From positions 30,537 through 94,536 of the forward strand of contig MQRK01250390.1 of assembly GCA_001938485.1 (NCBI GenBank): DNA of 64,000 nucleotides, written 5' to 3'. The stretch is from Girardia tigrina. Its lineage: Eukaryota. Positions 54,429 through 64,000 of the stretch are shown piece by piece. Position 1 is the stretch's first letter, and the number at the start of each line of letters is the position of its first letter. Made by a program: the position numbers and the translations under genes. The notes beneath the pieces are model-generated. The model was not told where the DNA came from and did not search any database. It saw nothing but the letters and a program-made list of their open reading frames with translations.

Positions 54429-54975
54429 ATGAATGTCCTCAGAATCGATATCGGTTAGAAATCTGTAAAAGTTATTTTAAGCAATGCCAAAGATAAAACA
54501 ATACTGAACTCTTCGATAAAAGACAATAATTCTACGATTATTAATCAAAATCAATTTTATAATGAGCAAAATGTTGACTAAATATTCGAAACGATTCGTG
54601 AGATATTAAATGAAATGAAGGGTGACGGTTTGAATAATGTGGAAATATTGGAATATCGGGGCAAATGCAGGGTGTATTGTTTTGGAAAACGACAATGACT
54701 AGTCGGGCTACAATCGACACTCGAATTTGATTACCTGGATGGATCAGATATGTAATGCCTATGGTTTCATTGAGTCTCTACCGAAAATGCCGTCTTATCT
54801 GGTTATAGACATGTTCGTTAAAGGACAAAATTTGAGTGAGGACACGGAGATTGAGTCTCGAATCGCCGAAAAACAAAATGAGATGATTTTTTATTTGTTC
54901 CTACGACCCTTAGTCCACCCTTCAATCCAGAAGCGCTGCAATCACGTTAGTCCTGCGCCCACTCTGTTGTCAATT
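54429..54975 (+). pseudogene. SHPK: Sedoheptulokinase N-terminal pseudogene fragment; copy 2
   Basis: MNVLRIDIG*KSVKVIL (FGGY GIDxGTTSVK), EQNVD, GISGQMQGVLFWKT, LITWMDQIC..FIESLPK. Confidence 0.85.
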
Positions 54976-55499
54976 ATGATGTGATTATAAACTAAATTTT
55001 ATTATAAAAACAAGGTTCTTCTTGAAATAGTTTTAGTGCATTTCGGCACTTTTTTTTTCGGGAAAATTGAACGGGGAGCACTGGTTCATCTGGATTCACG
55101 CCAGTACAAAGAGAAGTCCACGATTGCAATCGTTCATCCTACTCATCAGTTGGGACTGAGCAGGTAAAGTAGCAAATATCGAGCCGAGAAGTATTGAATA
55201 ATGGCACGAGAGATGCAACATACATATAAGGTCCCTACTTCTGCCATATATATCGAGTGGGGTCGGTAATTATCAGTAGAGTTCTTCTGTCGTATAAGAC
55301 AGTACAATCATCAGGAAACAACTGATGTGGAGTCAGTAACCCTAAAAAGTACACCATGCAAAGTGATCTCTCTGACAATATGGATCCTCAATACTTTCTT
55401 CAAGACACTACCACAAACAATGATCAACCCAAAAGACCGAGTCGGAATAGCAATCATCAAAGATTGGCCCCTCTTGTAAACACCTCCATGGTTTCTTCT

Positions 55500-58400
55500 G
55501 GGTCGGGAATCGCATCATCAAAGTTGTGGATGTTTCATCTCTCCCGCGTGTCCTCGAATGCTTCCCACTGCCGCTTGGACAACCTTATGTTCGATTCAAC
55601 GCAGGCAGTGGCGATTGATTTTATCCTATGACCTAAATTTAAATCATTAAAGATAGTTTCACTGTTGGGCATCCATGTAACTAATGTCCTAACAATGAAA
55701 GTATCTAATACAACTTTAATCCCGCAATTTTCAATGATAGCCTCGAGAAGTTAGAAATATTTGTCCACATTTTTGATCTCAGCCATCACAAGACTGCGCA
55801 TGATATCGTAAGGGCACTTGAAATCAACAAGAAACAAAGTATTTATATTTTCAAAATAAACTTGCAGATCAACACGTTCCGTTGAAGAGAAGTACTGGCA
55901 TGTCTTATTCACATGCAGAACAACACCAGAGGGTATTCTGATTTTGACTGCAACAATATCAAGCACAATATTGTGTCCTGCCATCCAGAAGCTACTCATA
56001 GATTGGCAATCCAGAATAAAACATGTGCAAGAGTTTCGTCATCAGAACAACCTCTGCGGCTGGGTACGCGATAATCCATCCAGGACGATACCTCACAGGG
56101 ATCATGTATGATCTGATCATATGAATAAATTACAATTCAGCATTTGTATGTCTACCAGAATATATTGGCGAGGTGGAATAAGCAGATTTCGATAGAGCAG
56201 TCGAATATCTACCACTACATTTCTGCTTATCCCAGTGAGCAAAGTAAGAGTTAGAAATACAATTAAAAAGGTATTTCGTTAATTTATCTTTATTATTAGT
56301 CGTAAAAAAAGTCAGAAGGGATAAGCCCCTAACGTTTTGGTACTCATCCAGAGCGACACCGGAATGGTATCAAGAAATTTCACAGTTATAAAATTGACAA
56401 TATTAACCTCAATTTATTGTGAGTGATAATACCGTTAGTTTTACTTATGAGTAAAGTTCTAATTTATTATGAAACAAGAACAAATCGATTAACAGCGATA
56501 AGTTTAATTGAAACAATAAAAACTTACAGTAAAAATACAATGTAGGTAAATATTGGTAATTATAGTAGACAACATATCGTCATTTCGTTGCTGATTGTGA
56601 GTGTCGCACATCTTTGTTATTCTGTAGTAACGTCTAGAATACCTTATGATATATATGTATATTTTATAAATATTTGTTTAACTAATTATTTATTTTACAA
56701 TGCCTGATATCTTTGTTCTTATGTAATTTATTTTCCTGTGGTACACTTTATGCTTTTGTATTAATCATTGTGTTATATTATTTTTTATTTATATTTTATT
56801 TTCAAGAAGGAAAAAAAGAAAGAAAATATAAGAGATATCTGCAATGGAAAGTTATAAAAAGAAAGATATAAATTAATTTAATTAGATTGCAGGCAAAGAA
56901 AGATATTAATTTAATTTAATTAGATTTGAGACGAATTATGAAATTTGAATTGCAATCGATACAATTGATAAGACGATTTAATTTAATAATTCATTTGGCA
57001 ACCGAGAAAATTACTTACCGAATACTATATTGGTAATAGTAGTGGGACAATTTGTCGTTTATTTTTTTCAAGAAGACTCCATTTAATCAGTATCATATCA
57101 AGAATAAAAAAAAGACAAATCAGAATAATAATTTGTGACTATTCGTTGACACCTGTTGCATATTTGACGTAAATATTTTGACAATTTATAGTGGTAATTA
57201 TTTGTTTGCACCTTGTGTTATACTGTTATTAAAAGTGTTTATACGAAACAATTTATTTTGATTACAAAGTTATTTATTTTTAATCAAATTACTAAATTTA
57301 ACTAATTGCGTCCTTATTATGTCAGTTTAGTACGATTGTTCTTTTACGATTTTTTTACATTTCAATATAACGCAAAAATCTGTTAAAACTCTCTTTTTGT
57401 TTTTTTTGTTGTTAGTGAACAAAGAGTAAGTTTTACATTAATGATAATGGTAACTGATTCATGTACAAATAATATCTTTGTCTGAGAAGTTGAAATGAAA
57501 GAGATTGAATGTTCTTTTATAATTGGGATTATCAAATTATAATAATTATCCTGAAATTTTCAGTCGGTTGAAAAGTAGAATATTAAGCTATTTTTTTAAA
57601 ATTCAAATTCGATTTTTTTTAATTTTATTTTATGACTTTATATATGACTTTTATATATGACTTTATATCTTCTTCTCATAATTTATATCTTCTTCTCTTT
57701 CAAAACTTTATGAGTCTTCAATTTCTTTAACGCTTTGGATAAAAATAAAACATGACTCGAATACACTTGTAAAAATTTCAAAACACATACAAATAAATTA
57801 CATGTCACAAAAAGACAAGACACTTTAATGTAACTAAATACATGATTATTAGAATCAACAAGTAGTACAAAAACGGTATGTGTTCTCTGAGGTTATTACA
57901 ACAGTAATACCGGGAATATCCTTGATATCTCGTATGGCATGCTGGGTTTTGTGCCACCAACAGTTACGCTCTTTCTCATAGTGGTTTTTTATCCAGTCAA
58001 AGATGGCATTGCGGTCTGTGGTTCGGTCAGGTAAAGAACGTCTAAGTGTCACATTAGCAGCCTCTACAATGTTCAAGTCAGTGTAGTTGAACATGTAGAA
58101 GGAATGAATAATGGATTATATAATGTATTCATCCAGTGCAGATGTGAGACCAACTTCCCCATTGGCTCTAGACACATATATGTACGAGTTAGATGTGTTA
58201 TCGGGTACACTTAATATTGGTTGCATAATTTTCCTAATCCTAATGTCCCATCCTGTGACAGATTCTGTTTTATCTTCCCAAAAGGGATAAATGTATTTCT
58301 GAATTGAAATGTGAGATTGGAATGTTTTTTAATATACTTTCTATAATAATCAAGAATTGCTGGGAGTATAAAGATGTGATCTGCACATCCATCAGAGGGG

Positions 58401-59270
58401 CCTAAGATTTTTTGAAACAACTGCAGCAGATCGTTCTTATTAATCCAACCAATTAGTTGCTTATATAGAAGAGTAGTTAATAATTTATGTATACATTCCT
58501 GCAGAGCGATCTCCACGAAGAAGGTAAATTATATTCTCCATCTTTTTCAAATTTTAAAATCATTAATGTAATATAATTCTTCCAAGCTGCAGGGGTGATA
58601 AAGCCTTCAAGTATTATTTTGAATAGTTGATGGAGAAGAATGCCAGTAGGATCACAATAGAAGATATTTTTGTATGAGATACCACTAATCAAAGGAACAG
58701 ATTTCCCTTTACCACTGAGGTAGTTGACAATCTCTTCTAGAGTAGGGATATGAAAAAAAAGTGTGCCCCCTTTTATAGTACGTAGGATCAAAAACATACG
58801 CTAGTGTGTTCATTTGATTTTGATGGTTATTATTAACAAATGTTGTGAAATCCACAGGTGTCGGATATAAGTCAGCTTTTACAGAAGGAAGGATGTGTTT
58901 TTATTGCAGCCTTCGGATTAGAGTAAATCAAACTCCGAAGTTTGGAGTCAGCCATTCTACCCTTTTTCTCAGGCTTCCATATTCTTGGAAAGAATAGCCC
59001 GTGTTAAGTAGACAGGAAAAACAAAAGTGGTTCGAATGTTGACATAGGACACAGTATGCTTCAACATAGGAGTGATTGAAAGAAAGAAAGTTACGAAGCT
59101 GACATGCTGGAGTGGACCCGAACCCAGGTTGATCAGAGTGTGTCTCAATGTTGAAGGAAGAAAAGACTCTACTGATATCTATAGAGTTGAGATTTAGGTC
59201 AAAAAAGGAATTGTTGAAGGATAAAAGAAAGAGGCATACTGTTGGCCACTGTCAAACTGATTAGATTGGT
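55500..59270 (-). mobile_element. Decayed RLE-type non-LTR retrotransposon (NeSL/Utopia/R5-like)
   Basis: RT N-part (GISY..DP..PAAWK..SSWR/IAL..QK..DGCADH), knuckle remnant RRGCSDDETLAHVL, GHN, VDL...LVDFKCPYD, KY and IV..L.TW of a PD-(D/E)xK endonuclease. 3' UTR may extend to about 55080. Confidence 0.88.
56250..57850. mobile_element. AT-rich insertion (LTR-like) interrupting the RLE element
   Basis: Breaks RLE coding continuity; left end resembles the reverse complement of about 16835-16882. Confidence 0.45.
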
Positions 59271-60158
59271 TTAACCTGTTATAAATTAGTTGCGTAGGTG
59301 CATTAATTAAATTATTTAGTTTATTAATAATTAATTGACGCAATTAAATAAACATGCGATTAAGTATGACGCGATTAAGTGTCAGTAAACCCTAAATAAC
59401 ATTGGACAATTTCTCAAAAAACAAAATATTTATTCTACACAAATTTTCAAATATTTCACCAAGGAAAATCCTCTAAAATATTTCATAGATCAAACAATTC
59501 ATTTTGAGTTCATTTAAATTTAAATAATAAATAAATTAAAAAAATTTCAAAGAAAAACAATTTTTTGTTGCATTATAAAAAATAAAATGACCTTGAGGTA
59601 ATTTTAATAAATGAAATTTATTTTAATATGAAAACGAGTTTTTTTTAATTTTATTATTTTTGAAATTTAGAATATTGCTTTATGTGATTTGAATAGTTTT
59701 TATTAATGAAAGTTTGTGGAGAGAATCTTATTTGAGATTGTCGATTGTAAAGAAATTATGTGTGGATGCGACTTGGGGAATTCTGTCCGGAAAGAATTTT
59801 GAATGAAATAAAATTTTTATTAAAAGGTTTTGTAATAGAATTCAAATTTTTTATAAATTTCAGACGCAATATAAAATGAAATTATCAATGGATAATTTAA
59901 TAAACAATTCGATGATAAGTTGTAACCATAAAAATTCTAATTCATCTTGTATCATGAATTTAATCAAGTATTAACCTACTTTTATGCAAAATAAAACGGA
60001 AAAATGTTCTAATCTTAAAAGAAACGTTTATAAATCATAAACAAATTATTAGAAATGCAAGTGCTATAATTTTTAAGCGATCGTTGATTTAATTCTCGAA
60101 TTTTATAAGTTATTGTGTGTTATGCATTTTACTTTGTAATTTGATATTATTTCATTTA

Positions 60159-60351
60159 CCGTAATTTCCGTATTATAAGCCGCACATTGCCTGCTTTTCC
60201 CAAAAAAACATTATAAGCTATAACATTATATAAAAAAACATTATAAACATTATAAAACAAATAAAAACATTATAAAAACGTATAAGCCGCAACTCTTAAA
60301 TTATGACTCATTTCAGGTTTATAAGTGCGGCTTATAGTTCGGAATTTACGG
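60159..60351. mobile_element. pogo-type MITE
   Basis: TA|CCGTAATTTCCGTATTATAAGCCGCAC ... GTGCGGCTTATAGTTCGGAATTTACGG|TA, with internal AACATTATA repeats. Confidence 0.88.
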
Positions 60352-62720
60352 TATATACATTCATATTTCTATTACGGATGTTCTATGTAGTTTAATGAAG
60401 AATTTGTAAATTTCTATTTTTTTATAACAATTCTTCAAAAGTATCGCAAGTGGAGGAAAGATTAAGATCGACCAAGAAAATAGAATTTCATTAAAGTGTT
60501 TAAGATCAATAAACAACAAAATATTACACAAAATAATGAAAATAATTTATATAAACTTCACATTTGTAAGAAATAATAAAGGACTAAAAAAATAAAATAT
60601 GTAATAATTCTCAAAATTTATTATTGAAAGAGAAATGTACTCTTTATAAATATAATATTAGAAAACAAGAAGCAATAAAAGCTTTTGATGACTTCTTGAT
60701 CATACATCTTTTCAAAATTATATGTAAAAACGATTTTTAATAACCAATAAAGATGGAAAAGCAAGTTCTAAAGAATTTCTAGATTTATTAAAGAAAATGG
60801 AAAGCTTTATGAGAGAAACTTTTGACAATCAAAATAGCAATTTGGAAAAAAAATTGGACGAAAAAAATATTCAGTTTCTTTCAAAATATATTTTAAACGA
60901 AGAAATAATATATACGAAAAAGAATTTCTCAAATCGAAAATATTAACACAAATGATCAGTTATGTTTAACAAGAAAAGGAAGAGTTTATAAACACTCAAT
61001 CCAAAACTTAAACAATAAAAATATTTGATTTCAATTATTTTTATTAAATGAATAATGATAATTATATTTCTGGTGTCTTTCTAATTATAATAAATAATAA
61101 ATCCTTTCGGAATATTTTACAATCATTTAACCCATCTCAGTTAACTATTTTCCCATTAATTTAACAGTCATAGCATTTCACAACTAAACTCACCGAGCAC
61201 TTCTACCAAATCTTTAAATTCATATCACCGAATGTTCTTCGTCTAAACCGATTCCCCTTCGCTACTAGTTTTAACAAACTGTATTTTTCTTGTTAATTTG
61301 ATTGTTTTAGAAATTATACGATCATAATTTATACTATCTAGGAATTTTTATATTGCAGTTATTTTTTAGTCAAATAAAAGTGATCGAACCCAAAACCGTC
61401 ATCATTTCGATCCATTTAAGCCACTTATCGGTTTCGATCACTTTTATTTGGGTTTGAAAAGGTTCGCATTGACAATCTTTACTTCTACTAGTCGTTATAC
61501 AAGGGTGCTCAAAAGAAAGGTTAGTTTTTATAGATATTTACTTTAATAGTACTACTTTTCATAACACGGTATTCATTGGAAAGAATATGTTTGGTTGGTT
61601 AAGGCGATAAGATTTTCAGTCAATCTTTTGTAATCACGTTTGAAAGCTTATTCTCAAACCCGGTACAAATTGCCAAAAAGTAAAAATGGGAATTGCCTTA
61701 GTCGGCCTTCATTTTATTCCTTCAGGTCCGAAATTCTTCTTGAAGCATTTCTAAACGAGTTATTTGTTGAGAAACCCGACAGAAAAAATTGGCAAGAGTT
61801 GAGATCTAGTAAAAAGGAAGACAATTTTATTTAACCATCTTCTAGTTCGAAAATGTTTCAATATGAAATTGAGTATGTCTTCCATCGGTTTTTCCACAAT
61901 TACCTACCATATGTCTTACCGCAACGGTTGAAGATAGACAAATTCTAAAATAAAGTTGAATAATTTCCATCAATGCCTGGATGCAACAGGTAGAAAAATT
62001 TCTTTTTTAAATTCAAAAATAAAGTTTGAATAAAAAAATATTAAAAATCTTTAAAATACATATTTAGATAATTTAATAGCTTCCCATACACAAAAAAAGA
62101 CTATCTCAAAAAGCTTAGGTTTGATGCCCCATCCCTGTTTGACAATTTTGATATTTATAATAGTGGAGCCTAATAAAATACAGTTTTAAATGCAATTATA
62201 ATTTTTCAAATTACCTTTTTCTATAATATTTGATGTCAATTTGTAAATTAAACTAAAAGAAATATTCTAACATATATTTAGGAGAACATAATTAAAATAA
62301 AAAATAATTGATAAACTAAAATTATAATAGAAAAAATTATAATTCTTTTCAAGTGTAAAGAATCTTAAATTTCATTTTGATTTTTTTTAAATTAGCTCAA
62401 ACTTTTTGATATTTTATACTTTCTAAAAATTGAGTAAATCAGTGAAATAATAAAACTAATTTTTTCTTTAATAGAAAACATACAGGAACGTATTTAATAA
62501 CATTTATTCTAAATTCTCTTTTGATTTACAATTATTAAAAATTAACATATAAAATGTAAGTTAAAATTGTAAAATATCTTTTATTCGTTAAAATACGAAA
62601 CAAACAAATTTTGATTTTAACACTAAATATTACTGTTCCGGATTTATTAAACTAAAAACATTATTTAATTTTGAAATGGAAAAAAATGATTTTTAAAAAA
62701 GTTAATTTTATTAATATATA

Positions 62721-63330
62721 CAGTGTGTGTAAAAATTAACAAACTCATTTTAAATTAAATATCCTTTAAAAAAAAGTCTATAAAATTTTGACACAATAAT
62801 ATTTATTTTTAGAAATTTACACATAATGTGCACTAAAACTTATGCATCTATGCAATTCACGATATAAATAATTCATGACATTTTCACATATTTATGGTCC
62901 TATTTCAGATGCTTCAGCTTCAATAAAATCTTTCAAGTCTTGGAGATTCTTCGATTGTCTTCCATATGCTTTTGTCTTCAGATTTCTCCAAAGAAAAATG
63001 TCTAGTGGTCACAAACCGGGTGATCTAGCAGTCTGAATAATTTGTTGCTTACAAATTATCTATTTTTTTGCGTTTAATGAGCGGTAGCTCTATCTTGTTG
63101 GAAAATTATTTTTGACAACATTCTGCGACCAATTCGCGGTATGAAACAAAATTCAAGCAGATGTAAATAATTTTTACTATTGACGTTTTCGTGAAAAAAT
63201 AATGAACCATAAACAAATGATATGAAAACACCTATCCAAACTTTTGGACTAGAGTGAGATATAAATATCTTCGAATCAAAGTTACTGATTCCAACTTCGC
63301 TATCAGCAACACAATTTCTACGCGTTCATT
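62721..63330 (-). mobile_element. Tc1/mariner-superfamily relic (3' part)
   Basis: RSPGL*PLDIFLWRNLKTKAY..SKNLQDLKDFI (cf. RSPDLTPLDFFLW); TA|CAGTGTGT terminus. Confidence 0.75.
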
Positions 63331-63570
63331 AATGGACAGCATAATCAAAATTTACATTAACTCTATAAATATATAGCAGACACTACATTAGTAAAACAAA
63401 AATATGCATACATGTAATTTAAGAAAATATATTTTCGTAAAAAAGAAAACCGATTAAATTATATTAATTTATATTTGTTTAGCAGGACTTTTAATATTGA
63501 GATTATATATATATATATATNNNNNNNNNNNNNNNNNNNNNNNNNNNNNNNNNNNNNNNNNNNNNNNNNN

Positions 63571-63611
<41 letters not shown>

Positions 63612-64000
63612 CTTTATATTTTTAATTGTATTTGCGTTTGAAAGAGAAATGCTGGAGAACAAATCATAATGGAGTCATAGGCGCCGGAACGGTTTCACAA
63701 ATGGGGGGCTGAAAAGAAGAAGAAAAACAGACCTCGAAAGTAAAGGATCGAGTTTTTTTTGAAGCCAAGAAACTACTTATATTTTATTTAAACGGTACAA
63801 TTATCAATTTTCTTCAAAAAGGTACACAACATGTTTCCTATAGATCAGATTACTACTTATTTAAAGATCAGTATTTCAGAAACCTCGAAAAAAATAAAAT
63901 TTGATTTAAAGAATGGAGTGCATAAATAAGAAAAACTATATTTTTGATGGAATTCATTGTTATTGATGGCAAAAAATTAATTTGAATATAAATTTGTAAA

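Larger units (their letters stand above)
52887..59391 (+). mobile_element. Mutator-like element with TIRs and 9-10 bp TSD, enclosing host-gene fragments and nested TEs
   Basis: Left end GTTGTTACTACACCTAATCGCGTCACACTTAATCGCG; right end (rc) GGTTTACTGACACTTAATCGCGTCATACTTAATCGCA. TSD CTAAATAAC at 52878-52886 and 59392-59400 (10 bp if the preceding C is counted). Confidence 0.85.

Noticed and set aside
55034-55075. AGTGC-ATTTCG-GCACT hairpin plus T-run as a terminator or snRNA end
   Set aside because: Eukaryotic context, no convincing Sm site, and the sequence resembles the pogo-MITE end at 10880-10906.
55220-55305. Spliced-leader-like pieces on the minus strand (GTCTTAT, CTTATATG)
   Set aside because: Matches are short and wrongly spaced, with no SL RNA structure.

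Overview
Very AT-rich eukaryotic genomic DNA with two scaffold gaps. It is essentially a nested transposon graveyard, and I can support no intact host gene. The repeat spectrum resembles a triclad flatworm (planarian) genome, but that is inference. Content: decayed mariner, DD37E and other Tc1/mariner elements; pogo/Tigger elements and MITEs; MULE transposase relics; three Gypsy internal fragments plus several LTR pieces; and a decayed restriction-like-endonuclease (NeSL/Utopia/R5-type) non-LTR element. Best observations: (1) a 6.5-kb Mutator-like element at 52887-59391, with TIRs and a 9-10 bp TSD, that encloses a host PIG-M + sedoheptulokinase segment (a Pack-MULE-like structure); a second copy of the SHPK piece lies at 353-745; (2) a 733-bp palindromic element at 19084-19816 with the layout LTR - tRNA-Leu PBS - inverted U3, as expected from a snap-back of (+)-strand strong-stop DNA, related to dispersed TGTGGTGCTC-starting LTR-like repeats; (3) a conserved G GGA AAC + hairpin -1 frameshift signal in two Gypsy copies. 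All alignments and translations were done by eye, and boundaries of decayed relics are approximate.
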